Below are positions 32,290 through 46,922 of a stretch of 64,000 bases of DNA, piece by piece. The notes below the pieces were generated by a model, which worked only from the letters and a program-made list of their open reading frames with translations, did no database searches and had not been told where the DNA came from. The position numbers and the translations under genes were made by a program. Numbering within the stretch: the stretch's first letter is position 1; each line of letters starts with the position of its first letter. This DNA comes from the human T2T-CHM13v2.0 reference genome, Homo sapiens: the NCBI RefSeq assembly GCF_009914755.1, contig NC_060929.1; one strand, given 5' to 3'.

Positions 32290-34638
32290 TGCTTATCTTT
32301 AGAGGTACTGAATGTTTGATTCCAGACCACTAAAAGAAAGCAAATAATGTAATAAGAATCACGTACATTTTTTGGTCTCCCAGTGCATATAAAAGTTATG
32401 TTTATACTATATTCTAGTCTATTAAGGATGCAATAGCATTATGTCTATAAAAAGTAGTTTAATTAAAAGATATTTTATTGCTAAAAGATGCTAACAATCA
32501 TCTGAGCCTTTAGGGAGTTATAATCTTTTTGCTGGTGGAGGGTTTTGTCTCAATGTTGATGGCTGCTGACCACTCAGGGTGGTGATTGCTGAAAGCTGGG
32601 GTAGCTGTGACAATTTCTTAAAATAAAATAAAAATAAAGTTTGCTGCATCAATGGACTCTTCCTTTCACAAAGGATTTCTCTGTAGCATGCGAGGATGTT
32701 TGATAGCATTTTACCCACAGTAGAACTTCTTTCAAAACTGAGGCAAATTCTCTCAAACCCTGGTTTATCAACTAAGTTTATGTCCTATCGTAAATCCTTT
32801 GTTGTCATTTCAGCAATGTTCACAGCATCTTCACTAGGAGTAGATTCCATCTGAAGAAATCCTTTTTTTTTTTTCTTTTGCTCATCCATAAGAAGCAATT
32901 CCTCACCCATTCAAGTTTTATCATGACATTGTAGCAATTCAGTCACATCTTCAGGCTCCACTTCTAATTGTAATTCTCTTACTATTTCCACCACATCTGC
33001 AATTACTTCCTCCATTGAAGTCTCGAACCTCTCAAAATCATCCATGAGAGTTGGCATCAATTTCTTCCAAACTCCTGTTCATGTTGATATTTTGACTTCC
33101 TCCTATGAATCACAAATATTCTTTAATGGCATCTAAAGTGAAAAATTCTTTCCACAAGATTTTCAATTTACTTTGCCCAGAACTCTCAGAGGAATAACTA
33201 TCTATGGCAGCTATAGCCTTACAAAATACATTTCTTAAATACTAAGACTTGAAAACTGAAGTGACTCTGATCTGTGGGCTGCAGAATGGATGTTGTGTGC
33301 AGGCAAGAAAACAATATTAATCTCCTTGTATATCTCCATCAGAGCTTTTGGGTAACTAGGTGCATTGTCAATGAGCAGTAACATTTTGAAAGAAAAATTT
33401 TTTAATGAGCAGTAGGCCTCAACAGTGCACTTGAAACATTCAGTAAACCACGCTGTAAACAGATGTGCTGTCGCTCAGGCGTTCTTATTTCATTTATAGA
33501 GCCTAGGAAGAGTAGATTTAGCATAATTCTTAAGGGCACTATGATTTTTGAGTAGTTAATGAACATTGGCTTCAGCTTAAATTCACTAGCTACATTAGCC
33601 TCTAATCAGAGAATCAACTTGTCCTTTGAGCCAATCATTGACTTCACCTTTCTAACTGGGCGAGTCCTAGATGGCATCTTCTTCCAAGAGAAGGCTGTTT
33701 TCGTCTACACTGAAAATACGTTGTTTAGTGTAGCTACCTTCACCGATGATCATGATCTTAGCTAGATCTTCTGGATAACTTGCTGCAGCTTCTACATCAA
33801 TACTTTTACTTGCACTTTTGTGTAAGTGCAGCGTCATCTTTCACTTTTGAATTATGGAACCAGCTTCTTAAGCCTCTTGAACCAACAACCTCTGCTAGCT
33901 TCAAACTTTTCTCCTGCAGCTTCCTCACCTCTCTCAGCCTTCATAGAATTGAAGAGAGTTAGGGCTTTGTTCCAGACTGGGCTTTGTCTTAAGGCAATGT
34001 TGTGGCTGGTTTGATTTTTTTCTCTAGACCACTGAATCTTGCTCTGTATCAGCAATAAGGCTGCTTTGCTTTCTTATCATTTGGTGTTCCCTGGAGTAGC
34101 ACTTTTAATTTCCTTCAATAACTTTTCCTTTGCATTCACAGCTTGGCTAACTGTGTGGTGCAAGAGGCCTAGCTTTTAGCCTATATCTCAGCTTTCAACA
34201 TGCCTTCCTCACGAAGCTTATTAATATCTAGCTTTTGAGTTCAAGTGAAAGGTGTGCAACTCTTTCTTTCACTTGAACATTTAGAGGCCACTGTAGGGTT
34301 ATTAATTGACCTAATTTCAATATTTTCATGTCCCTGGAAACAGGGAGGCTCGAGGAGAGGGAGAAAGACTTGGAGATGGCTGGTTGGTGGAGCAAACACA
34401 ACATTTATTGATTAAGTTTGACATCTTATATGGGCATAGTTTGTGGTGCCCCAAAACAATTACAATAGTAACATCGAAGATCACTGATCACAGATCACTA
34501 TAACAAATGTAATAATAATGAAAAAGTTTGAAATATTATGAGAATTGCCAAAATGTGTCTCAGAGACAAAATGAGCACATGCTGTTGGAAAAATGGTCCC
34601 CATAGATTTACTTGATGCAAGGTTGCCACAAACCTTCA

Positions 34639-34669
<31 letters not shown>

Positions 34670-34728
34670 GCAATATCTGAAAAATATGCAATAATGCCAA
34701 GTGCAATTTAAGAAACAAAGTATGCTTG
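32290..34728 (-). mobile_element. Full-length Tigger1 (TcMar/pogo DNA transposon), decayed transposase
   Basis: ~2.44 kb; both termini recognisable (ttccagaccac...; ...aagtatgcttg|ta); ORF 33852-34055 [35 protein letters not shown] is Tigger1 transposase. Confidence 0.93.
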
Positions 34729-35553
34729 TATTAAATCATTTCCAAAGGTCTGTAAAGGATCACAAATATTTTGACTCATGACAAACAGTGAATCACTGCG
34801 TTACCTTTGTTACCAAAATCAAATAACTAAAATCATTTCCCCATATTAATTTCTAATAATTTCTCAAAGTCTGGATTTGTCACCTTTATTCCAGCAAGGA
34901 ACCCTGTTTGATTCAGAGATAGCTATGTCAGATAAAGATAAAATTCTGTCCTCCTCTGCCCCCAGATTTTATTCTGGGTAAGAATTATATCTAAGTGTGT
35001 TGTATCTATGTGGAATAAAATCAGACCTCGTGTTTGTGCTTTAATTTTGGCGATAGAGAATCAAACATTATTATCCTTATCTGCTTATATGAATTGAAGC
35101 CCTGTCACATGCAGAATTATAGAGTATTTAGAGAGGTATAGGAACGTGCCCCATAAACTTTATGCTACTGTGTTCATTCATTTGAAACTTTCTTTCTAAA
35201 ATGGACATTTTGAAGTAAATGTACATGAAGATAATTGCAAAAATGGATCAAGTAATCACGATGATATTAATGTCAAGTGCAAAGCAAAGATACAATATTT
35301 TCTTTACAGAGAATGATGCAAATTTTGGCTTTTTTTTACCTGTTATTATACAAAATCAGGAAGGAGTGTTTAGCTGAAATGATTCCATTTTTCCTGATGT
35401 TTCTTTATCCCTGGGTATAGTAGCTTAGTGACCCCTAAAACGTTTATTAAACCTGCTGCCATTTCAATCTAATAGAAACTGGGTAGTTTTTTTTTATTTG
35501 GTGTAATTTTTAGAGTATGGAAAGGAGGGGATGAGAAGGAGTCTGATAGATGG

Positions 35554-35956
35554 TATTATGGTTTGAATGTTTGTGTCCCCTCCAAAGTTCACATTGAAAT
35601 TTGATTGCCAATGTAACAATATTAAGGGGTGGGGCCTTTAGAAGGTGATTACATCATGAAGGTAGAGCCCTTGTGAATGGGATTAGGTGCTCTTATAAAA
35701 GGGCTTGATGGAAGTAGCTTTTCTTTTGCCCTTCCATCTTCTGCCATGAGACAGACAATGTTCCTCCCTCCAGAGGATGCAGCCTACAAGGCACCATCTT
35801 GGAAGCAGAGACCAAATCCTCAACAGACAATGAACCTGCTGGCACCTTGATGTTGGATTTTCCAGACTCCAGAACTGTAAGAAATAAATTTCTGTTCTTT
35901 ATAAATTACCCAGTTTGTGGTACTTTGATTTGTGGCAGCACAAATGGACTAAGACA
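35554..35956 (+). mobile_element. MST-family (MaLR) solo LTR
   Basis: tattatggtttgaatgtttgtgtcccctccaaa...aataaa...tggactaagaca; 5-bp TSD gatgg/gatgt. Confidence 0.88.
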
Positions 35957-38900
35957 GATGTTTACATGAACTTCGATATCAGGGTTTGGTTGTGTCTGAA
36001 AAAAAAAAAAAACTGTGTAATTTTCCTATGTTTAATTTCTGTTATTGCTTTATGGCTGTCTACCCTGGTGACTTGGCAAAAACATCAGTGAAATAAGAAA
36101 GGCTCTTTATTGTAACCATGTCACAGGCCTGGGTCAATTTGAAGATGAAAGTATCAAAAGTAATATTACATTTCTTACCATGGCAGCCAGCCAACTCATT
36201 GGGGTTGCTTTTAATTAAACCCACATGAGCTCTTACAGCAGTACAGAGAATAAAGCAATACCTCTTTTGAATTGCATTGATTTTTCTGACCACGAAGCAG
36301 GCATTCAAATTTGCATGTTATGGAGAAACGTGGAGTGTTATCTCATCTTATTTATCCGCCATGTTGCCCTTCCTCCTGAGATGGTGAGGGCTTTCTTCAT
36401 ACTTTGGTTTAACTCTATAAACACTGTACCTGGTCTATTAAAATGACCTGCTTTACACTGGAAGATAAAATTAGTTTATGTATTCATAATATGTGATAAT
36501 CTTTACCCAGTCAGAAGGCAATTGTCCCCTTCATTGGACTCCTCTCCCTCCTGGGGCTGATGAATTGTTCACTCCTATCGAGAGCAAGTTTGTCTTGTTC
36601 TGTTGTCCTATGTGTTTGTGAGATTTCCTACATTTTGTGTCCCACCTTCTAGAGGGGAAGCTAGGAATTCTTTCCTCATTTTCCTTGCGGCAAATACGTA
36701 GGTATGTGTCCTAGGTTCAGCCAATCCTAGGACACCTTGTGAAGGCTTCACTTGAGAAAAAAAGAATGTGGCAAAACATACACTGTGCTGCAGCTATTTA
36801 CTGGTAAAAGTGTCAGTGAAGGTGTCTGGCTCTTTGAAGGCAGCAATGCTGAAGGGTCTGGCCTTCCATCGGTGGTAGAATCATGGTAGTAGTGCCCAGT
36901 GCTGATGGCCAGGAGATCTTCACTTGAGCAGCCCATAATGTGATTTGGACATTCACTCCCACTATGCAGGCTTTTACTCCTGAGCCTATGGTCCTCCCAG
37001 AGGACTTCCCGAAGGACCCAATATCCTTTGAGCAGCTTGACATCATTTAATAGATTCCTTTTCCAATTGAATTGTCTCATACTCTTTTGTTTATAAGAAC
37101 CCTGAGAGAAATACAGATGGAGTTTTTGGAACATGTAATAAGATTTTATAATTCAACACCACAGTTTTATAACCTTGCCTCTCCAAGAAACTTGCATTTT
37201 ATTCCTAAAGGACTTATTTGTTTTTTACTGAGTGTTTTTAAAACACATTTGAGGAGATATAAACAACATTTAAACAATTTTACATGATATCCTTTGAATT
37301 ATTTAGAAAGGCAGATGTACCCTGGATGCCTATGAGTTTTGTCAATCACAACTTACAAAAACGATTTTTTAAAAAAAGAATAAAATACATAATGATAACA
37401 ATGTGGTGGGGAACAAGGGAGGAAAAGAACAGCATAGCATGAGGAGGGCTACAGCCTAAATATAAGACTATCCTCTTACTCCACACAGATATTTTGGGTA
37501 TTTCATAATAAGCCCTCGCTGCTGCACAATGCAGAGGGAGATTAAAGCTAATACTAGACTTCAGGACAGGTGAGGAGAGTGTGGAACAGAAATCTGAGAA
37601 AGGACTGGAGGAGAAAGATTCCAGATCTCCAGATCCAGATTCCATTCTCTTTCTTCAAGGAAACCACAGAGCTCAGGCCCTGGACGTGAGAGGAGATGTG
37701 AGCCTTCCACAAGGGCTCCTCCCACCAGGCGGGAGTCTTCCTTGAAGCATGAATGTGGCAAACAAACAAGCAAAAGCAACACAAGAAAAAAGAATAAAAA
37801 ATGTGTGCATTAAACTTGTTATGTGAATAGCTGTTTCTACTTGGAGTGAAGCCCTTAAGAGCCTCTGTTTTAGTTTTGCATATGGCACATCACTTGCTCC
37901 GTCATCATCCCCAAAAGCATTTATTAAAGCCTTCTCTTTGTGGGGTATTGTGTTAGGTCCTACTCAGAGCAAATCAGGAAGAGATGGTTCCTGGCCACTG
38001 GGAGTCTACAATTCAAATACCAAGGAAGGGCCCCATCGTTTTCCTTCTTCTCCGGATCCCTTGTAGCAGAAATCCAGTTTATATTTTGGCAGGAACTGGA
38101 TTGAGATGGTCAGAAGGTTAAGGTCAACCTTTCCCTAACCTTTCCTCTTTCAAATATCGTGTTCTGAGAACATCAAAATGCTATATTAACTGCTAATATT
38201 TTTTCTATTGTTAAAGTGATTTTAAGATCAAACACATCTAAATTCTAAGAACAATGTATTTATGAATAATCAAAAGAACAACAGAGAAAGCTATTTTCCT
38301 GTCTTCCTTTTTCTCGTAAGTATTAGATCTAAAAGAATCTTAAAAGGGAAAACAAACCTTGTAATTTATTACTGCCTTTGTTATGTGAGTGGTTGGTTTT
38401 GATGTTGTTGATAGGCTTATTTAATATCACATTTTTAGCTTCGCTGGAAAAAATTCTCTGAATGTTTTGGTTCCCCAAAATTATTACGTATAATATAAAA
38501 ACAAGATTTCAAGTAAGAACAAAATACTGATCTGAACCTTCAGTGCATGTAGCTTCAGCAAATAGAAACTTTTGTGGTTTTTAAAATATAATTGTATCCC
38601 TTGCCTGATAAAATTTTCTTATAATACCTTATGCAACAGCAACCTGTGACTGAAAATAGAAAATGGAATATACATTTTTAAAGTAAAATATTTCTTTTTA
38701 AACATCGTGCATCAATACCTCGAGGCCAGAAGTCTAAATATCTGTCAGAAGGTGGCAAACCAGAAATTATAAAAATCAAAGACATGGGAAAAACACATTT
38801 ATCTTAGCTTCCTCTTCATGGGGATCAAAGTTCACACTAAGCACAGTGATTACATCTGTTTAGTAAGCCGTCTGCCTACAATGAACTTCAAAATTTATTC

Positions 38901-39422
38901 TTTCTAGTTAAGAAATACGTAATTTTTTATGAACGGCATAGAGAAATAAGAAATAATCTTTAACATTTTGAATACTTCCTTCCTGTGTTTCTATTAGCTG
39001 TAGTATATGTAGTTGAGATCACACTACACATCAATTTTTACACTCTAGGTTTTTCTCTTAATATAATTTAATGCTTTATGTTATTAGAAACTGTCCATTG
39101 GTATCATTGGAATGGCTACTTGATATTTTATCAAACAGGTACACCATAATATGCTAAGCCAGTCTTCTATTTTTAGATATTTAAGATATTTCCAGTTTGT
39201 GCTGTTAGAAATAACACTGCATTGAACAGCTTTGCGGGCAATGTTTCCTTTTAGGGTTCTACTTTAGGATAGACTCCGGAAGGGGGATTATTGCACCAAA
39301 CAGTAGGAATGGTGTTAGAGCTCTTGGCATGTGTTGCAATTTTTTTCCTTAACCCCTCAAATAGCAGCACCAGTTTAAACCACTTTCAGGGTCTATCAGA
39401 AAGGACCTTTCCTGACATTTTA

Positions 39423-40004
39423 GAAGGATCTAGAACTAGAAATACCATTTGACCCAGCCATCCCATTACTGGGTATATACCCAAAGGATTATAAATCATG
39501 CTGCTATAAAGACACATGCACACGTATGTTTATTGCGGCACTATTCACAATAGCAAAGGCTTGGAACCAACCCAAATGTCCAAAAATGATAGACTGGATT
39601 AAGAAAATGTGGCACATATACACCATGGAATACTATGCAGCCATAAAAAAGGATGAGCTTATGTCCTTTGTAGGGACATGGATGAAGCTAGAAACCATCA
39701 TTCTCAGCAAACTCTCACAAGAACAAAAAACCAAACACTGCATGTTCTCACTCATAGGTGGGAATTGAACAATGAGAACACTTGGACACAGGAAAGGGAA
39801 CATCACACACCGGGGCCTGTCTTGGGGTGGGGGGAGGGGGGAGGGGGGAGGGAAAGCATTAGGAGACATACCTAATGTAAATGATGAGTTAATGGGTGCA
39901 GCACACCAACATGGCACATGTATACATATGTAACAAACCTGCACGTTGTGCACATGTACCCTAGAACTTAAAGCATAATAAAAAAGAAGAAGAAGAAAAA
40001 AAAA
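39423..40004 (+). mobile_element. 5'-truncated L1PA (PA4/5-like) 3' end, 0.58 kb
   Basis: ORF 39526-39768 is the ORF2 C-terminus; G-rich 3'UTR; A-rich tail; no TSD found. Confidence 0.93.
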
Positions 40005-40419
40005 GAACCAGAATTCTGTGTTGTTTCATCTTCATATGCTCCTCCCTGTTTTAAAAAGTAACTGAACTGAGGTTCACATGAAGGGATGCTCTGAGAAAGA
40101 ACCATGCACAACTGTCTTTGTACAGATCTTGTTGAAGACATGGTCCTCTGTGTCACCAAAGGACCCTGTTAAAAAAAAAAAAAAAAAAAAGCATGGTAGA
40201 GAAATTGCTCTCAGACTTCATTGCCAAGGAAAAGTGAACAACTGGTATCCATAGTCATTTGGAGTCTTACAGCTATGTGTGTTTATTTTGCCATTGGCCA
40301 GTAGGGAGTTTAAAAGCTCACTTTGCAGTGTCATGGAAGACTTACTGTTTCACTTTATTTTGGCTTCAATCTAGTTTTCTCACCTTAAAAACAATTTTTA
40401 CAATTGATTTGTTAACTAC

Positions 40420-42040
40420 TTTAAGTTCTTAAAGAAAAAAGATGTGATCTAAATTAACTAATACATAATTTTCCCTTAAAATGTTTTTGTCAAAAAGATA
40501 TTGTCACTTTGAGTTGTATTTTACTGAGTATTAGTAAAATTGAGTATTTCTTCATTACTCATTTATAGTTCCTCCTTGGTGGTTTGCAATTTATTTTCTT
40601 TGTCCATTTACTTACTGAGGTCTTTTTTTTTCCTTTATAATTTGTGTTTTGTGTGGTAAGACTATCAAGCCTATCAAACTTTTTCATATTTGTCACGAAT
40701 ATTTTCCAGTTATTTTTTCTGACTGTGATTTTTTGACTTAAAAAAGTCTCTTTGTTATTTAGTATAATTTTCCACAGTATCTTTGGAAGCAGTCAATGAA
40801 TTATTATTATTGTTATTTGTAATTTCTTCCATTGCTTTTAAGCTTAGAAATTCTGCACTGACTGAGAGGTTTGACAAATATAAACTTCAATTTTATCTAG
40901 TATTTAACTGCCTTAATAATTTTATAATAACTCTTTATTTGAAATTAATTTTGGTAAAGTTCATGTGGTTAGGATCTAGACTGATTTTTTTCTCATTCCC
41001 CTAAAATTCCTTTAAGATGTTGTATGTTGTTAAATCTATACATTGACTTTGGAAGAATAGATATCTTCAAAATATTCAGATTTTCCATTCAAGAGTATAT
41101 GTGTCTCTATGTATTCAACATTTCTTATATATCTTTTAGTAAAATGTTGTGATTTTATTCATGTGGTTGTCACAATTTTCTTGCTAAGTTTATTCTAGGT
41201 ATTTTATGTTTTCTCTTCCTTTTATAAATAGTATCTTTTCCAATTATACCTTATAATGGATTATTGCCAATATGTAGAGTAGTTATGAATTTTTTGCCCA
41301 TGTGTCTATATTCAGCCATTTTACTAAATTAACTTTCTCTTGATGTTTATCCATTTACAGTTCTAAAACTATCAATCATGATAGTTTCTTCTACTTTTTT
41401 CTTATTCTTACGTCTCAAATCTTTGGTCCATATTTGTATTCCATTAGCCAGAGCTTGTAAAACCAAGCTAAATAATGCTGATGATAATAGGCCTCTTTAT
41501 TTCATTCTCACTTTAATGGGAATGCCCCCAGTGTTTGCTTAGTAAGGATAACATGGTTGTCAGTTTGACATAAATATTATCTTCCTGAGAATGTATTTCC
41601 TTATACCTAGATTTCTAAAGAGTCAGGAGTGGGTGTGAAATTTTAAGAATTAACATTTTAACATATATTGAGATACAATCATGGAATTTTCTTATGTGAT
41701 CATATGATTATTATTAATGTATTTCCTAACACTAGAATATGCCTTCATCCTGATGAAACCTATGAGGTTGTGTTTACTCTTTTTTAAAAAATATATATAA
41801 TGCCATATCCAATTTGCTGGGATTTTGTTCAGGATTTTTGCATCTTCGTCCACACTTGAGATTGTTCCATAGTGTGTGTGTGCATGTGTGTGTTTGTATT
41901 ATCACTGTAGGTTTTTGTGTGTCATGGTTTTCCAGTTTCATAATTGACTGGAAAGTTTTCAATGTCTTTGTACTCTTCAAAATAGTTAACATAGTAGCAA
42001 TTATCTGATCTAAAAAAAGTTGAAGAAATAATTGTCTATA
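40420..42040 (-). mobile_element. Ancient L1M ORF2 relic
   Basis: T-rich decayed L1 motifs (tttattctaggtattttatg; ctttaatgggaatgccccca; gttaggatcta). Confidence 0.6.
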
Positions 42041-43149
42041 TTCTTATTTATTTATATCTTAAAACATTCCAAGAAGAATGAAAGAGGTTTTACCAAAAGC
42101 TATATAAGAGGACAAAATGTAACTAAGACAAAATAAACTATTTGCATATATGTATCATAATTTTTACTGATACCGAGAGTTGAAAGAAAAGTTCCTTAGG
42201 TCACCTTAAAGGATACACAGCCCGACCTAGAGAGCAAAGCCCTTGCCACCATCCCCACAGTAGTAAAATGTTTCTTATAATATGTTATATACAGGTTCAT
42301 GGCATAACACAAATGCATCAGTGTAATTAATACCATCTGCAAAGTATACAAAAAATGAAGTGCAAAGAAAAGAAAAGAAAAACAGCTCAGGTATGCAGCT
42401 CACCCAGTTGGTCTCACATAATAGGGGTGTAACATTCAAAGTATCAAATGGATGCATTGCATGGTCTTCAGCTCCTTCCTAAATATGTTTTAGTTACAAT
42501 TGATCTTTTCATAAGAAATGAGCAGAAGAAGGTTTGAAGTTGTAATTGCTCTCTGCCAAGAATCTGGGGTGCAGATTCTCTATATCAACACCATATGCTT
42601 TGAGAATCAATCAAGGAGGACAGGGGCTGCCTCCCCTTCCAGGCCATCTGTCTGACTTTATGGCTGCTCCATCTGTCTGAGCAGCTCCATTCATGGCTCC
42701 ATCCTCTCATCTCAATGAGGCTGTGGAAGTGCTGGAGAGTGACCCTTGCCTTTGGGTATCTCTCCATGTTGCACTCTCTACCTTTCAGTCAAGCCTCTGA
42801 CATCCCTGATCGTCATTCTGCTGCCCTGTAGTGTAGGTCCTTGTTTTGTCCTGTACAGGGCCCCTCCGCTCAGGCCTCACATTCCCTGTGGTCCTGGTGA
42901 GTATATCAGTCAGGCAGCTTATCCCTCCACTTGTCATGTGCCCCAGGTTGGGCCTTTCAGACTCTCCCGGGAATCCCAGGCTAGTCACACAAGGATGAAA
43001 TGCAGAGGCAGCCGAATCATTCTAAAGGCAGAGCCTGAAAAGATGCTTCTGAGAGTTCAGCCATCTCCTGGCTCCTGTCTTTCCCAAACCTGGTTCTTCA
43101 TTTCTTTTGGGGATTGTCTTTGCTTCTCCTCTCTTTGGTTTTCTTCCAA

Positions 43150-43255
43150 CCTCTCTCCTCTCTCTCTTTCTCACTGTCTCCAACCCCCGTTTCTCTCTCT
43201 CTCTCTCTCACACACACACATACACACACACAAACACACACACACACACACACTC
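43150..43255. repeat. (CT)n(CA)n compound microsatellite
   Basis: ctctctct followed by interrupted cacacaca. Confidence 0.95.
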
Positions 43256-45977
43256 TTTCGTGGCCTAAGTTAGTCTCAGGTTCATTTTCTGATGTTTGCA
43301 GATCCTACACTGATAACAGGACACAAAATTAGATTCCAGGTCTGTGCAGTCCCTTTGGGTTGACACCTGAGTTGTACTGTGTGCTGGCTTATCACTTATT
43401 CCTGGAAACTGTCTCTCAGGTCATCTTCCACAGTCTGCAGCTTGGAGTCCAGTCCTGCCCCACACCTGAGAACAGCCCAGGTCTCCAGGGCCCCAGCCCA
43501 CACCCAGGATGCTAGGCTTCTCTCATCCTGGAGAGGAGACAGTTCCTGGGGGATTTCACCAACCTGAACCCTCATCAGATTTCCACTGCCCACCTGCCCA
43601 TGATCCAAGCAGAGTTCTTTCCATTTGCTCCTTTTACTCTAAAGAGCCTCATCAAGTGTCCTGTTTATGTGCATGTGTTTCCAGGTAACAGGAAATCTCG
43701 CACCACAGAGACAACTGTGGTTGTCTCCTGCCCAGGCCTTGTTCTATCAGGCAGGTTTCTACTGTCCCCAAGGTTAAGGCACTCTGTAAGGAAGAAGATA
43801 GCAATTTTCAGTGGCACTTCAGTCTCTTCTTCTCCCCTGAGGTAAATCTGGACATGCTTTGTAAGTAAGAATACATAGCTCTGCCTTCTCTGGGACTCTG
43901 AGGTCTCAGCACAATCACCTCTAAGAGCACTGCTCATTCCCACTTATCTTTGAACACTGTCTGGACTTTGTCTTCTTTGGGAAGGGTGGTATGTAGAAGG
44001 TGGCCATAAAAATGATATGGTACCAAAATGTCAAGCCTGCATGTCAAGTTCTAGCCATCTTTTGGTAGTTCATGAACACTGCGCTCTATGCTCTTCTGGT
44101 CTTACCTATCAAGGAAATCTCTTCACTGAGCATTCTGAGAAGTGATGATCTGGAATATCTTCTATCCACTATGCTACTTCTGCATTCCCTCTGGGACAGT
44201 TTGGAGAAATGTGTTTTGAGATCTCTTTGATGGAAATCCTATACCAGCTTCTCTTCTTCCAAGGACTCCCTATGCCTCCATTTTCAGGAAGTCTTCGGAG
44301 ATGAGTTACCTCTTCTGGATGCAGGAGTTGCACAGCCTTAAGGTGATATCTGAGGCAGTGAGGCAGAGGGACAAGATGGAACCCACCATACTTTTAGGGT
44401 ACCCATTAGTGATGTGACTCCACCTCCCGTGGGATGAATGAGAAGGAGGTGGAAAAAGGGTAGACGCTTCTTTCCTAGGTTTTTTGAGAGAGCAGGCAAG
44501 TGCTCCACAGTCCTCAAACACAGAGCTTTTAGTAAACTATAGCTTAGACCTAATGCCAAAATGGGGCTTCCTTCTCCTTCCCTTGGAATTGACAATAACC
44601 TAGGATAAGCTTGATTTGACTTTATGTCAGTCATAAAAGTGTGATTTGCAGAGAATCTCTGGAAAGTATGTGGAGAAGACGCACCGAGCAGGAGTTATAA
44701 AAGAACCTGCAGTTCTGAGCTGCCGATGCATATAAAAGTGGGCACAAATTGCATTATGGGAGATTTAATGTTGGTATAGGATGCACTGTCATGCAGGAAA
44801 TGGCTAATAGAGTACCCAGAAACCAAACTTGGGACTGGGAGTTGAGTGAAGAGATAGTTTTAAAAATATCTTTATTATCAGGGAAGAGCTGTAGTCTAAG
44901 TGTAGAGAAAGGGAAAACCAATTAGACAGACTATTAATACCGAATGTTTCCATCATTAACACTCATTGTGTTGCTGCTTCTCAAAAAGCCATTTGTGACC
45001 CAAAAGTTGGTCAGCACCAATACCTTTAGATCATGCTAAAAATAGAAGTGAACCTAACTTCCTGAGAGCTTACTACATGCATTTTTAATAGCTAGATCAT
45101 GTAGGGAAATCAGCATGTCTATTATTAAAATAGAAAAGCTGAGTGTTAGAACACTAATTTGGAGCAGGAAGATTATACAAGACAAATTCTGAACATGAAG
45201 ATGATAATTTTCCCTTGAGCAGGAAAATAATTTAATAGAACTCAATGCATTAATAGACCTATAGTAGAATGTTAAAAAGAAATTCTAGCAGTGAGAATGG
45301 GGAAGACCTACGGGAATATTCAGAGTTGAGCTATAAATCATCTGGATACAGAGGATCCACAACACTTGCTCCAGAGCTTAGAGCAGCAGGAGAAATCACT
45401 GAACGAAAAGGAGAGAGAAAAAATTCAAAGAGATTACCCTTGTCAGAAAAGGGGCACATGTTTGTTTGTTTTTTTAACTAAATTTTAAAAAAACTATAGA
45501 TATGCAGGTTTCTCCAGATATTGTTATGCCATTACCCCTCCAAAGAAGGCACTGCAGAATTTAAAGCCATGAGTTCCTTATATAGAAAAACTCTTGATAA
45601 TCCTTATTTTGGAAAACAAAGTTCAAGAAAAAATGTGAAAAATTAATTAAATGTGTGAACAATTATTCAAAATGTGTTTAGCACCTTTCATATGAAAAGC
45701 ATTGTGTTGGAGAGTTTGTGGGATTTAATATTGTAGAAAATGTGATGTCCTTGCCCTCAAAAAGCTGTTGTACTACAGGAAATGAAATGGAATTATTTAT
45801 AATGAAACTGGTAAGTAATGAGAGCCATATATGCAGTTGACCCTAAGAGCTAACAAGTGTGAAGCTGGGCAGGATGCTTTTCCCTAATGGCTGCAGAATT
45901 ACAGTAGAGAAGGTGGTATTTGGTATCTCAGGTGGTGGGTATAGCTTGATTAACTTTACACAGGAGTAGAGAAACTT

Positions 45978-46871
45978 CTTTTTCTCTGGGTAGATACCCA
46001 GGAGTGGGATTGCTGGATCAAATAGTAGTTCTACTATTAGTTCTTTAAGAAATCTCCACATTTTTTCCATAGTGATTGTACTAGTTTACATTCCCACCAA
46101 TGGTATAAAAGTGTTCCCTTTTCACCACATCCAGATCAACGTCTATTATTTTGATTCTGATTATGGCCATTCTTGCAGAAGTAAGGTGGTATTTCATTGT
46201 GGTTTTGATTTGCATTTCCCTGATAATTAGTGATGTTGAGCATTTATCCATATGCTTGTTGGTTATTTGTATGTCTTCTTTGGAAAATTGTCTATTCATG
46301 TCCTTAGCCCACTTTCTGTTGGAATTTTTTTCTTACTGATTTGTTTGAGTTCTTTGTAGATTCTGGATATTAGTCCTTTGTCAAATGTATAGATTGTGAA
46401 GATTGTCTCCCACTCCGTGGGCTATCAATTCTGCTGATTATTTCTTTTGCTTTGCAGAAGCTTTATAGTTTAAGTCCCATCTATTTATCTTTGTTTTTGT
46501 TGCATTTGTGCTCGGTTTCTTGGTCATGAAATCTTTGCTTAAGCCAATGTCTAGAATGGTTTTTCCAATGTTATCTTCTAGAATTTGTATGGTTTCAGGT
46601 CTTAGATTTAAGTCTTTGATCCATCTTGAGTTGATTTTTATATAAGGTGAGAGATGAAGATCCAGTTTTATTCTTCTATATATGGCTTGCCAATTATCCC
46701 AGCATCATTTTTTGAAAAGCATGTCCTTTCCCAATTTTATGTATTTGTTTGCTTTGTCGAAGATTAATTGGCTGTATGCATGTTTAGAGCATCACAATTC
46801 GCAATTGCAAAATATGGATCCAGCCCAAATGCCCATCAATCAATGAGTGAATAAAGAAAATGTGGTATGTA

Positions 46872-46922
<51 letters not shown>

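Noticed and set aside
36600-37110. Possible ancient LTR (LTR16/33-like) fragments and a 128-aa ORF
   Set aside because: Similarity too weak to call without a search; ORF has no recognisable motif
42746-43273. 175-aa ORF
   Set aside because: Non-ATG start, runs into CT/CA microsatellite, no recognisable homology
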